A DNA stretch of 38,904 nt from positions 1 through 38,904 of the forward strand of contig JAVWDK010000001.1 of assembly GCA_036642175.1 (NCBI GenBank). Reading direction: 5' to 3'. This document shows, piece after piece, positions 30,101 through 38,424 of the stretch; position 1 is the first letter of the stretch, and each line of letters starts with the position of its first letter. The translations under genes were made by a program, and so were the position numbers. This DNA comes from Bacilli bacterium (GTDB taxonomy: Bacteria; Bacillota_I; Bacilli_A; RF39; UBA660). Below the pieces are notes generated by a model that did not search any database, was not told where the DNA came from, and saw only the letters and a program-made list of their open reading frames with translations.

Positions 30101-30401
30101 TTTTTTTTGAATCAAAGGTCAAAACAGCTAAAGTTTCTAATCTAATTGTTTTAAATTCTGGAGATATAGCTAAAGCTTCACTAGTTAAAAACTCATCCAT
30201 GGGAAAAAATAAAACATCACTATTATAATTTAATAAATTTTGATATAAAGTATTGGCTTCGTATAATGTCGATGCAACAAATACTATCGTTTCTTTTTTT
30301 TGTATAAAATAGTTGTTAATATATATGGCTTTTAATTCATCAGTTAAACCAAGAATTTGCTTTGTTTTTTCAACATTAAATAGATTATTAAAAATACCCA
30401 T
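27129..30401 (-). CDS. mfd: Transcription-repair coupling factor
   Basis: 1090 aa. It has a UvrB-homology N-terminus and a CarD/RID region (GDYVVHSIYGIGRY). The helicase motifs are GDVGYGKTEVA, VIDEEQRFG and LSATPIPRT. A TRG-type region is also present. Confidence 0.97.
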   Translation of the reverse strand: MGIFNNLFNVEKTKQILGLTDELKAIYINNYFIQKKETIVFVASTLYEANTLYQNLLNYNSDVLFFPMDEFLTSEALAISPEFKTIRLETLAVLTFDSKKIVVTNLMGYLRFLPTIKDYKNNFITLIKNESIKIEELVKKLYNIGYHREAVVNKTGEIAVRGYVVDIFPLFEENPIRIEYWGDEIESIRYFNIDNQLSLKEIEKIEIFSNTEFIANKEVSFEEMKQKNLYKYTSITNISNLYKSTVFFNDYSALSSSYKSLLNEIFEYNISLNISNKTIYMNDFYEILNSQELYFQSFDNSLKNLETVNYETKELDYLGENYEEINKNLNKFIKNRTVIICLQDNIRIRKLERELDNKSVILTTEDEIFENRINIIKKNVNKGFYFQNYIVVSENDLFKSKVSNFKYKTNFKIGTKIKNTGKLIIGDYVVHSIYGIGRYCGIKILEKNGLKKDYLHIQYKGDDKLYIPVEKIELIHKYSSNGGMAPNLSRLNSLEWQKTRQRVSRKIEDIACELLELYAARESVIGFAFDKDTEMQREFENDFEYAETEDQLKVIKEIKKDMENIHPMDRLLCGDVGYGKTEVAFRAIFKAILSNKQTALLCPTTILSKQHYQNAIERFKNFSVNIAFLNRFTSRKKVKEILDNVKLGKIDLLIGTHRILSNDVDFKNLGLLVIDEEQRFGVKHKEKIKKYKNNVDVLTLSATPIPRTLQMSLTGVRNLSLIETPPVNRYPIQTYVLVENTQIIKDAIYKELSREGQIFILYNKINDMISKQIEIQKLVPSAKIVIAHGKMDKDQLEIVMEKFINKEYDILLCTTIIETGIDIPSVNTLIIIDADCFGLSQLYQIRGRVGRSNKIAYCYLMYNKNKVLNEIAVKRLNAIKEFTELGSGFSIAMRDLSIRGAGDILGSEQAGFVDSVGIELFMEMLNDEINRKKGIETDSVEDTQPLLTVATNIDDKVVSDEDLKIEIHKIINTIDSIDKLNSVTKELLDRFGKITEDMEIYMYEELFEKLAGRLEIKNIKQTNREIEIIIPDELFKKIKVTQLFVNVSNISRNFKFSMRGKYLIITLNLINLEKHFIYYLIDLMSLLQKC

Positions 30402-30443
30402 GGTGTCTCCTTTCCATCACAAAAATGATACTTTTGGTATCAC

Positions 30444-31004
30444 CTATCTATGATTATATTTATTCATTAGTAATTCAAAACTATTTTCTATAAAATCATT
30501 GATTATATCAAATGTTAAATCAATAACAGGCTTAATTTGTTTTATTTCGTCTTCATTAATATTTCCCAAAACATAATCTTTAGTACTAATTGTTTTATTG
30601 TTAGATATTCCAATTTTTAAACGCTTATAAGCTGAAGTTTGTAAATTTATTTCAATGTTTTTCAAACCATTATGACCTGCACTGCTACCATTTTCTTTTA
30701 ATTTATATTTTCCAACTTCTAAATCTAAATCATCATTAATTATTAAAATATCTTCTATTTTAATTTTGAAAAAATCAATATACTTTTTTATTACATCGCC
30801 ACTTAAATTTATATAAAGTTGAGGTTTTAAAAGTATTATTTTTTCATTTTTTTCTTTTATTTCTCCATATACTCCATTAAATTTAATTTTATTCATCAAT
30901 ATGTCTTTTTTGTTAGCATAATTATCAATTACCATAAATCCAATATTATGACGAGTTCTTTCATATTCTTTACCAGGATTTCCAAGTCCTACAATTAGTT
31001 TCAT
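30444..31004 (-). CDS. pth: Peptidyl-tRNA hydrolase
   Basis: 186 aa with MKLIVGLGNPGKEYERTRHNIGF and GSSAGHNGLK. Confidence 0.95.
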   Translation of the reverse strand: MKLIVGLGNPGKEYERTRHNIGFMVIDNYANKKDILMNKIKFNGVYGEIKEKNEKIILLKPQLYINLSGDVIKKYIDFFKIKIEDILIINDDLDLEVGKYKLKENGSSAGHNGLKNIEINLQTSAYKRLKIGISNNKTISTKDYVLGNINEDEIKQIKPVIDLTFDIINDFIENSFELLMNKYNHR

Positions 31005-31180
31005 AAATTTCTAACATTCCTTTCCCATTCACTTCATTCTTACTCAAGGCATAAATTGAAGTTAAAATAAATCTTTGATAAAATAGTAAATTGTTATTAG
31101 GCATACTACAAAACACGAGAGATAAAGTGGTATTATAATTTATTAATTCTAAACCTGTATAAATATATATTTTGATTACT

Positions 31181-31215
31181 TCTAAAGTCTAAGTAATGTA
31201 GACTTTAGATTTTAT
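31181..31215 (+). terminator. Perfect 11-bp hairpin followed by T-tract (plus-strand intrinsic-terminator geometry)
   Basis: TCTAAAGTCTA (31181-31191), then the loop AGTAATG, then TAGACTTTAGA (31199-31209), followed by TTTTAT. The T-tract is present only in the plus-strand reading. Confidence 0.35.
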
Positions 31216-31316
31216 ATCTACTATTTAGAATACAAAACCTTCTATTTATTAAAACAATTTTTCTTTTTTTATCAGAAGTTTTCTGTTAATCCCTCTTAAC
31301 AAAAATTTTTATTAAA

Positions 31317-31718
31317 ATGATTACTACTTTTACTAATGATATCTTTGATATTTGTATGGAATCTAATTACAAATACTAAAATTCAGTATTTAATATACTT
31401 GAAGAAAAATGCAAAAGTATTATAACTCATCATAAATATATTAAAAGTATTGCCGGTAAGAAAACTGACAATAAAAATTCATTTAATATCGTAGACTTTT
31501 TCAAATTTGAATTAGCAGAACCATCATTCATGCCACCTACTAATATTAGTTTATACATATCACGTATTGAATGATAATGTTATTTTAATTTAGATAGATT
31601 TAATAAACTTCTTGAAAAAAATATTAAAAAACATAATAGTTCAATTCAGAATACTAATGATATAGTTTCTCATTTAACAAAATTCGTTTATAACATTTCT
31701 TTACAGAATACCAAATAA
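31317..31718 (+). pseudogene. Decayed plus-strand ORF of unknown family (three in-frame stops)
   Basis: A single frame reads:
- ATG at 31317 ... MITTFTNDIFDICMESNYKY, then TAA
- NSVFNILEEKCKSIITHHKYIKSIAGKKTDNKNSFNIVDFFKFELAEPSFMPPTNISLYISRIE, then TGA TAA
- CYFNLDRFNKLLEKNIKKHNSSIQNTNDIVSHLTKFVYNISLQNTK, then TAA
A 64-codon stop-free run is unlikely by chance at this A+T content. Confidence 0.3.
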
Positions 31719-31790
31719 CAATTTATTATTTTCAAAAAACAGTCTGTTTTAATGGCTTAATTATTACATTTTATTTACAACATTACCTGC

Positions 31791-32627
31791 TTAATTATGA
31801 TAATCATGATAAACATCACTTTTAGAAATTTTTCTTTCTTTTGCTACTTCCTTCATAGCTTCTTTTAACTCATATCCTTGATTTAAGTAAAAATTCAAGT
31901 GTTCTTTTACATCTATTTCATTATATTTTATGTCAACTTTTAGATTTCCTTCTACTACTATAACAAATTCACCTTTTGCATCACTAACTTGAAAAATAAT
32001 TTCTTGAATAGTACCACGATATATTTCTTCATATTTTTTAGTTATTTCCCGGGAAATACTTATTTTGCGATTTCCAAATATTTCCAGCATGTTTTTTAAA
32101 CAATCAATAATACGATGCGGAGATTCATAAAATATCAATGTCGTTTTAACTGTTTTTAAATTTTCTAATTCTTTTTTTCTTTTAGATTCTTTATTATTTA
32201 AAAAGCCATAAAAAGTAAAGGGCATTGGAGAAAGACCTGATGTTATTAATGCCGGTATTAATGCCGTTGCTCCTGGTAAGGCTACAACATTATATCCTTT
32301 TGAAATCACATAACTTGCCATTTCATAGCCAGGATCACTAATTACGGGAGTTCCTCTATCACTGACTATTCCAACATCTTTTCCGTTATTTAGATAATCT
32401 AAAACTATATTGAAATTTTTTGTTTCATTGTATTCATGACTAGAAATTAACTTTTTTTTGATATCAAAATGATTTAACAATTCAATAGTAACTCTTGTAT
32501 CTTCAGACAATAAAACATCAACTTTTTCTAGAATTTTTAATGTTCTAAAAGTAATATCATCCATATTTCCAATAGGCGTAGGAATTAAATATAAAGTGGC
32601 TGAATTATCATAACTTTTTTGACTCAT
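31791..32627 (-). CDS. rsmI: 16S rRNA (cytidine1402-2'-O)-methyltransferase
   Basis: 278 aa with LYLIPTPIGNMDDITFRTLKIL ... LLSEDTR ... ISDPGY. Confidence 0.9.
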   Translation of the reverse strand: MSQKSYDNSATLYLIPTPIGNMDDITFRTLKILEKVDVLLSEDTRVTIELLNHFDIKKKLISSHEYNETKNFNIVLDYLNNGKDVGIVSDRGTPVISDPGYEMASYVISKGYNVVALPGATALIPALITSGLSPMPFTFYGFLNNKESKRKKELENLKTVKTTLIFYESPHRIIDCLKNMLEIFGNRKISISREITKKYEEIYRGTIQEIIFQVSDAKGEFVIVVEGNLKVDIKYNEIDVKEHLNFYLNQGYELKEAMKEVAKERKISKSDVYHDYHN

Positions 32628-32629
32628 GT

Positions 32630-33355
32630 TTATTCCTCCTGAAAATATTTTTTAATCATATCTGTATATTCTCCATCAGCTTTATGTGTATAAATTGGTG
32701 ATAAAACTTTTAATCCAGGTTTCCCATTTTTTCGTCCTTCAATTAACAAGATATTAGCATCCTTATTTTCATAAGGATATACAAACTGTATCTTTTTAGG
32801 TTCGATATTATTTTTTTGCATCTCATTAACTATTTCTAGTAAACGTTCTGGCCGATGTACTAAAGCAATAATACCATTATTTTTTAATAATTTTCGTGCT
32901 ACTTTTAAAATTTGTGCTAAATTAAGCATTGACTCATGACGAGCTATTGTTTTAAACATTATATTATTTAATTTAGAAGATTTATTAACCTTAAAAAACG
33001 GAGGATTGCAAGTTATAACATCAAATATATCAGATTCTTGCTTTTTACTATATTCTAAAATATCATCATTAATTAAGCTTATTCTATTTGACAAATTATT
33101 TAGTTCAACTGATTTAAAAGCCAAGTCAAATACTTCTTTTTGTATTTCCACTCCAACTATTTTGGCATTTGTTTTTTTTGAAAGAATTAAAGGAATTGGA
33201 GCATTACCTGTTCCAATATCAAGAATTCGATTTATATTGGGATTAATGGTAACAAAATTTGGTAATAAAACAGAATCTAGTGAAAAATTAAACATTTCTG
33301 TATTTTGAATAATAAATAAATCCTTATATCCTAATAAAAAATTTTTCACTTCCAT
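32630..33355 (-). CDS. tRNA1(Val) (adenine37-N6)-methyltransferase-like SAM-dependent methyltransferase (YabB/TrmN6)
   Basis: 241 aa with the SAM site ILDIGTGNAPIPL and the N6-MTase motif CNPPFF. It lies between ricT and rsmI, as yabB does in B. subtilis. Confidence 0.8.
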   Translation of the reverse strand: MEVKNFLLGYKDLFIIQNTEMFNFSLDSVLLPNFVTINPNINRILDIGTGNAPIPLILSKKTNAKIVGVEIQKEVFDLAFKSVELNNLSNRISLINDDILEYSKKQESDIFDVITCNPPFFKVNKSSKLNNIMFKTIARHESMLNLAQILKVARKLLKNNGIIALVHRPERLLEIVNEMQKNNIEPKKIQFVYPYENKDANILLIEGRKNGKPGLKVLSPIYTHKADGEYTDMIKKYFQEE

Positions 33356-34137
33356 TATTTAACCATTATTTCAACTATTCCTATTTTCGGAATATCAATT
33401 TTATATGATAAATTTAAAATATTAATATTTGTAACGATTCCAACACCTTTTTCAGTTGTTACTGTTTGTCCAATATTTGGTAGTTTACTTCGATTTTTAG
33501 TATAATTTTCATCTTCATATTTTAAACAACATAATAATCGACCACATACTCCATTAATTTTTGTGGGATTTAATGCAATATTCTGATTTTTAGCCATATT
33601 AATTGATACTGAATCAAAGTCATAAGAATACTTAGTACAGCATAATTGTCTTCCACAAGGAGCTATTCCACCAATTTCTCTTGCTTTATCACGAACGCCA
33701 ACTTGTCTTAATTCAATTCTTGTTTTATATATTGAAGCAAGATTACGAACAAGTTCTCTAAAGTCAACTCTATTTTCTGATATAAATCTAAAAATTAATT
33801 GGTCACGATTAAATGTAAAATTAGCGTCCATTATCTGCATTGGTAAGTTCATTTTATCGACTGTTTTTTTACATTCAACCAAAGCTTTTTCAGCATCTTT
33901 TAGATTCTGTCTATGTGTTTGATAATCATTTTTAGATGCAATTCTAATTATTTCTTTTAGTGGACTTTTTAAGTTTAATGCATCAATTTCTATAATAGAA
34001 GTTTCCACTTTTCCAAATTGTAATCCTCTTTCTGTTTCTACAATAACTGTAATATTTGGTTTTAAACTAATTTTTCCTGGAGAAAAATAATATATTTTTC
34101 CTTTTTCTTTCAATGAAACTCCTACTGCATTTATCAT
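33355..34137 (-). CDS. ricT: PSP1-domain protein RicT (YaaT, stage 0 sporulation protein)
   Basis: 260 aa. It has GKIYYF near the N-terminus and the PSP1 region with Cys clusters CGRQLCCTKY and CGRLLCCLKYE. It lies immediately downstream of holB. Confidence 0.85.
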   Translation of the reverse strand: MINAVGVSLKEKGKIYYFSPGKISLKPNITVIVETERGLQFGKVETSIIEIDALNLKSPLKEIIRIASKNDYQTHRQNLKDAEKALVECKKTVDKMNLPMQIMDANFTFNRDQLIFRFISENRVDFRELVRNLASIYKTRIELRQVGVRDKAREIGGIAPCGRQLCCTKYSYDFDSVSINMAKNQNIALNPTKINGVCGRLLCCLKYEDENYTKNRSKLPNIGQTVTTEKGVGIVTNINILNLSYKIDIPKIGIVEIMVK

Positions 34138-34138
34138 A

Positions 34139-35065
34139 TTATTTTTTCCTTTCTAATTCAATTATAAGTTTGTCCATTAATAAAGCACTATTCATATTTA
34201 ATTTAATTTTTTCTTTTTTATCTAAAATCACATTTATCTTATCAAATAAATTTGAAATGCTATTATTATTTTTTATTTCATCTATAATGTTTATATATTT
34301 ATTAAACAGTTTTGTGTGCATTTCTAATTTTTCTTTTAAAACTACTTGATAAAATAATATCATTATATCTAAGCCTAAACTAATATTTTCTTTATCTTTA
34401 AAATCTTTAAACCATTTTTTATTTATAACAGCTAAAGTAGCATATCCATTTTCTTCATAATACTTAACAAAATCGATACAAATATCTATTTTTTGTTTTA
34501 ATTCTTCATCTGATAATGTTGTTATATTTTTTTTAAAAAAGCTTATTTCATCAGTTTCAATTGGATTATTTAAAGAAATAACTTGACACCTTGAAACAAT
34601 AGTAGGTAATAATTGATAAATGTTATTAACTATTAATATTGCAGTTATTCCAGATTCTGGATCTTCTAAAAATTTTAAAATTGAATTTGCTGATGATAAA
34701 TTTAACTTCTCGGCATCATTTATTATATATATTTTTTTATTTCCCACGATTGATTTTTTTTGAAATTCTAATTGTAATTCTTCTAATTGAGCTTTTTTTA
34801 TCCACATTCCATCAGCTGATATTATTTTTAATTCTAAGAAGTTTTTATCATCAATAATTTGACATTGAAAACAATTAGAACATTTTTGATTATTTGTAAA
34901 ATTATGTGGACAAAAAAGACATTTTGAAAATGAAAGAGCAAACTCTAGTGCTTTATCTGCACCATTTGATTCTATTATATAAGCATGTGAACAGCTATTC
35001 TTTGTTATAGCTTTTTTTAATATTTCATACGCAAATGGTTGTGTATTTTTAAAATCATCTAACAT
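34139..35065 (-). CDS. holB: DNA polymerase III delta-prime subunit
   Basis: 308 aa. It has an AAA+-like fold with a degenerate P-loop region (SHAYIIESNG). A Cys-rich zinc module (CPHNFTNNQKCSNCFQC), SRC-like TIVSRCQVI and Bacillus-type synteny with ricT support the call. Confidence 0.85.
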   Translation of the reverse strand: MLDDFKNTQPFAYEILKKAITKNSCSHAYIIESNGADKALEFALSFSKCLFCPHNFTNNQKCSNCFQCQIIDDKNFLELKIISADGMWIKKAQLEELQLEFQKKSIVGNKKIYIINDAEKLNLSSANSILKFLEDPESGITAILIVNNIYQLLPTIVSRCQVISLNNPIETDEISFFKKNITTLSDEELKQKIDICIDFVKYYEENGYATLAVINKKWFKDFKDKENISLGLDIMILFYQVVLKEKLEMHTKLFNKYINIIDEIKNNNSISNLFDKINVILDKKEKIKLNMNSALLMDKLIIELERKK

Positions 35066-35078
35066 AATTCACATCCTT

Positions 35079-35276
35079 TTAATATATTATCAATAGTATA
35101 GCAATAAGAGCAAACAAAGCAGGTAATCCTACAATAGCTAGCAATAAAATTGTTATTAGATTAATAGGAATTATCAAATTCAATGGCGCTGCAATTAAAT
35201 TGTAACTATATAAAATAAAGGAACTTACTACTATTTTTTTTAGTATTTTGAATATTTTTTTCAACAATTTGTCCAC
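35079..35276 (-). CDS. bofA: Pro-sigma-K processing inhibitor BofA (short form)
   Basis: The C-terminal half NLIAAPLNLIIPINLITILLLAIVGLPALFALIAILL closely parallels B. subtilis BofA (GIHVPINLVTTAISGILGIPGIAALVVI). It lies downstream of recR, as in Bacillus. The track start at 35276 is a GTG. A TTG at 35267, 6 nt after GAGGTGG, is an alternative. Confidence 0.65.
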   Translation of the reverse strand: MDKLLKKIFKILKKIVVSSFILYSYNLIAAPLNLIIPINLITILLLAIVGLPALFALIAILLIIY

Positions 35277-35306
35277 CTCATAAAAATATATGAATTGAAG
35301 TTATTT

Positions 35307-35906
35307 TTATGATATTGTTGTACGATTTTCTAAGGCTAATTCTAATGTTAGGGCATCAATATATTCCATATCTGCACCTATTGGAATTCCATGAGCAATT
35401 TTTGATATTTTAACATTTGATTTTTCTAATAACTTAGATATATATAAAGCTGTTGTTTCTCCTTCAATACTGGGCTTTACTGCTATTATTACTTCTTTTA
35501 TTATTCCTTTTTCTATTCTCTTAAGTAAAGAATTAAGTTTAATATCTTCAGGATTTATTCCATCTAAAGGTGAAATTAGCCCATCAAGAACGTGATACAA
35601 TCCTTTATATGTACCAACTTTTTCAAATAATATTACATTTTTAGCTTCTTCTACCACACAGACCACCATTTGTTCACGCGAGGAATCTTTACATATTTCA
35701 CAAAAATCATCTTCTGTTAAATTATTACAAATTTTGCATCTTTTAATTTTAGTCTTTATGTTTTTTATTGATTCTGAGAAAAGACAGTTTATTTCATTAT
35801 CTAAGTTTAATGTAGATAATGCTAATCTTTCTGCCGTTTTTTCTCCAATACCTGGTAATTTTTTAAAACAATCTATTAAATCTTTAATAGTTTTAGGATA
35901 ATTCAT
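35307..35906 (-). CDS. recR: Recombination protein RecR
   Basis: 199 aa with the HhH motif LPGIGEKTAERLA, the zinf finger CKICNNLTEDDFCEIC and a Toprim domain. Confidence 0.95.
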   Translation of the reverse strand: MNYPKTIKDLIDCFKKLPGIGEKTAERLALSTLNLDNEINCLFSESIKNIKTKIKRCKICNNLTEDDFCEICKDSSREQMVVCVVEEAKNVILFEKVGTYKGLYHVLDGLISPLDGINPEDIKLNSLLKRIEKGIIKEVIIAVKPSIEGETTALYISKLLEKSNVKISKIAHGIPIGADMEYIDALTLELALENRTTIS

Positions 35907-36202
35907 TAAAATAACCCTGGAAGTCCTTGGGTATACTGTCCTAATTTAGCTTCCATTTCTTTGTCAATTTTTTTATTTATGTCATTAACCACAACTAATA
36001 TCATGTCTTGTAACATTTCAATTTCTTCATTTTCTATATTTTCAATGTTCAATTTTACTTCTATTATTTCTTTTTTGCCATTTTCTTTTATTGTTAAAAA
36101 AGAAGAGTTTCCTTCATATATTTTTTTTTCTAATTCCTCTTTTGCTGTCATCATATCTTTCTGTAATTTTTGGGCTTGTTTCATCATTGCTTGTATATTC
36201 AT
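35906..36202 (-). CDS. ybaB: Nucleoid-associated protein YbaB/EbfC
   Basis: 98 aa with MMKQAQKLQKDMMTAKEEL ... GLPGLF. It sits in the dnaX-ybaB-recR order. Confidence 0.9.
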   Translation of the reverse strand: MNIQAMMKQAQKLQKDMMTAKEELEKKIYEGNSSFLTIKENGKKEIIEVKLNIENIENEEIEMLQDMILVVVNDINKKIDKEMEAKLGQYTQGLPGLF

Positions 36203-36211
36203 TTTTTTCTC

Positions 36212-37834
36212 CTATTTATATTCTATTATATTTTCAAACAAATTTTCTATTTCATTAGATTGTAAATTAACTGGTGGTGATTTTTTTGGTTCTTTAATAT
36301 ATGTATAATGCTTTGTTTTCCCATTAAATTCAGCTTTGATTTTTTCCCATTCTTCACTAATAACAGCTATTACTTTATATTTTTTATTTAAACATAATTC
36401 AATTATTTCTTCTATTATTAGTATACTTTCATTGAAAATTTCAACATCGCTTTCACTTTTATACATAAATATTATATTTTCTTCACTAGCTGCTCTTATT
36501 GAGCCATCTAATATTATTGAGACATATTTACTATATTTTGGTTCTATCAACATTCTTTTTATACTTTCGATATCTTTTTTTAATTTTAAACAAATATTTT
36601 TATCAAAATTTGCTAAAGTATTGTTAATTCGAATCGATTTAAAATTTAAAATTTCACCACTTTCTAACAATATATTTTTAGATGAGTAATTTTCTTTAAA
36701 ACAGTTATCGTGAATTTTTTTTTCTGCTTCTTTATTACTATCTATTTCGTTTTTAGTTATTTCTAAAGTTGGCACAAATGATATATTTTTGATAAAAATT
36801 AATTCAAAATTTAATTTTGGATTGCCTGAATTTTTCATTTCATTTACTGTTAAATTTATTTCTCGAATTAGATTAACTATCACACTTTCTTCTGTTTTTT
36901 TTGCTGTTTGTTCATATATTATAGTCTTTATATGATTATTTTGAAAATATTTTGGACACTTAATATATATTAAAGTATTTTTTAAGTAATAAACAAATTC
37001 TTGTGCCAATTTAATTAAATTTTTACCATTATCATTATACTCTTGAATTTTATTCAATGCATATTCTAAATCATTTTCAAAAAATTTTGAAAAGAACATT
37101 TCTATTTCTGCTTGTGACACAGTTCCATTCATTTGATGAATATCTTCTAATGTTATTTTTTCACTAGCATATGAACTGGCTTGATCCAACAAATTTATGG
37201 CATCACGCATTCCGCCATCAGAAATTCTCGAAATTTCAATTAATGCTTCATCATCTGTTTTAATTTTTTCTTTTTTTGATATTTCTTTTAATTTTTTTAC
37301 TATAGATTCTTCATCAATTCTTTTAAAATCAAATTTCTGACATCTTGATATTATTGTTGTCGGTATTTTTTGTGGTTCTGTTGTTGCTAATATGAATATA
37401 ACAAAATTAGGAGGTTCTTCTAATGTTTTTAATAAAGCATTAAAAGCACTTATTGTAAGCATATGAACTTCATCTATTATATATATTTTGTATTTTCCAT
37501 AAGTTGGAACAAGATTAATTTTATTTTTTAATTCTCGTATTTCATCAACACCATTATTTGAAGCAGCATCTATTTCAATTATATCAGAATTATTTTGTGT
37601 GCAACTAACACATTTATTACATGGTCCATCTTTTGATGACTGTTCACAATTTACAATTTTAGCAATTAATTTTGCAACACTTGTTTTTCCAGTTCCTCTT
37701 GGTCCCGAAAACAAATAAGCATGTGATAAAGTGTTGTTTTTTATTGCATTTGTTAGTGTATCAATTATACTTTTCTGTCCTAAAACATCATTAAACGAAG
37801 ATGGTCTATATTTTCTATACAAAGCTTGATACAT
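36212..37834 (-). CDS. dnaX: DNA polymerase III subunit tau (gamma/tau)
   Basis: 540 aa with YRKYRPSSFNDVLGQ, Walker A SGPRGTGKTSVAK and the zinc module CEQSSKDGPCNKCVSC. It also has YIIDEVHML and TIISRCQKFDF. Confidence 0.95.
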   Translation of the reverse strand: MYQALYRKYRPSSFNDVLGQKSIIDTLTNAIKNNTLSHAYLFSGPRGTGKTSVAKLIAKIVNCEQSSKDGPCNKCVSCTQNNSDIIEIDAASNNGVDEIRELKNKINLVPTYGKYKIYIIDEVHMLTISAFNALLKTLEEPPNFVIFILATTEPQKIPTTIISRCQKFDFKRIDEESIVKKLKEISKKEKIKTDDEALIEISRISDGGMRDAINLLDQASSYASEKITLEDIHQMNGTVSQAEIEMFFSKFFENDLEYALNKIQEYNDNGKNLIKLAQEFVYYLKNTLIYIKCPKYFQNNHIKTIIYEQTAKKTEESVIVNLIREINLTVNEMKNSGNPKLNFELIFIKNISFVPTLEITKNEIDSNKEAEKKIHDNCFKENYSSKNILLESGEILNFKSIRINNTLANFDKNICLKLKKDIESIKRMLIEPKYSKYVSIILDGSIRAASEENIIFMYKSESDVEIFNESILIIEEIIELCLNKKYKVIAVISEEWEKIKAEFNGKTKHYTYIKEPKKSPPVNLQSNEIENLFENIIEYK

Positions 37835-37889
37835 ATGCTCACCCCATTATTTTATTATAACATTATAAATAGCTTATTTAAAGACTTGA

Positions 37890-38330
37890 TTACTTTCTTT
37901 TACTTTTAAAAAATTGTTTTAATAGTCTTTCAGCTTCATTTTTACAGATTCCTTTTTCAATTTTAAGACAACTGTTTTCTAATTTGTCGATATCAACAAT
38001 AAATTTTAAAAATCCTGATTTAGAATTTTCTGTAGCATATACTATTTTAGAAATTCTTGATTGAATAATTGCTCCTATGCACATTAAACAAGGTTCTAAA
38101 GTTATGTAAATAGTACAATCTTCTAAATGCCACGTTTTTAGTTTATTACAAGCTTTTTCTATTGCAATTATTTCAGCATGTTTTATTGCATTATTTTTTT
38201 TTTCTTTTTCATTATATGCTTGGGAAATAATTGTTTCGTTTTGTACTATTATTGCACCAACTGGAACGTCATCATTTTTTAATGCTATATTTGCTTGTTT
38301 TAAAGCTATTTTCATATATTTTTCATTCAT
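37890..38330 (-). CDS. tadA: tRNA adenosine(34) deaminase
   Basis: 146 aa with the CDA motifs HAEIIAIEKA and PCLMCIGA. It lies upstream of dnaX, as in Bacillus. Confidence 0.9.
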   Translation of the reverse strand: MNEKYMKIALKQANIALKNDDVPVGAIIVQNETIISQAYNEKEKKNNAIKHAEIIAIEKACNKLKTWHLEDCTIYITLEPCLMCIGAIIQSRISKIVYATENSKSGFLKFIVDIDKLENSCLKIEKGICKNEAERLLKQFFKSKRK

Positions 38331-38341
38331 GTTTCACCTAT

Positions 38342-38418
38342 AAAAAAGCACACACATTTATTTACTTTTAAGGATGCTGTTTTTCAACTCTGACCTATTT
38401 CAAGTTTAAATGTTGTGC
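38342..38418 (-). ncRNA. ffs: Small (4.5S-type) signal recognition particle RNA
   Basis: The minus strand reads GCACAACAUUUAAACUUGAAAUAGGUCAGAGUUGAAAAACAGCAUCCUUAAAAGUAAAUAAAUGUGUGUGC followed by U6.
- The ends pair as GCACA/ACAUUUA with UAAAUGU/G/UGUGC (12 bp with one bulge).
- The apex is GUU-GAAA-AAC (GNRA tetraloop).
- The apex is flanked by the conserved domain IV strands GGUCAG and AGCA.
- An AGG/CCU helix and an asymmetric loop lie below the apex.
B. subtilis has scr in the same tadA-dnaX neighbourhood. Confidence 0.62.
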
Positions 38419-38424
38419 TATAAC

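Noticed and set aside
4569-36689. Sixteen plus-strand ORFs in the track: 4569-4802, 5573-5773, 7196-7486, 11971-12168, 18391-18645, 21309-21554, 22796-22978, 26993-27175, 27598-27828, 28219-28566, 28961-29152, 33006-33308, 34113-34349, 34639-34857, 35961-36308 and 36336-36689
   Set aside because: Each lies wholly or largely antisense within a well-supported minus-strand gene. Their products are low-complexity and Ile/Phe/Leu/Ser-rich, as expected from reading AT-rich coding DNA backwards. None shows a recognisable motif or a ribosome-binding site. I treat them as shadow ORFs.
37262-37280. Possible programmed -1 frameshift site in dnaX (TCA AAA AAA GAA, with a stop 4 codons into the -1 frame), by analogy with E. 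coli gamma/tau
   Set aside because: The heptamer falls at about residue 187, in the middle of the AAA+ module. In E. coli it falls after domain III (about residue 430). A shifted product would lack essential clamp-loader domains. A-runs are frequent in this genome, and I saw no downstream stem-loop.
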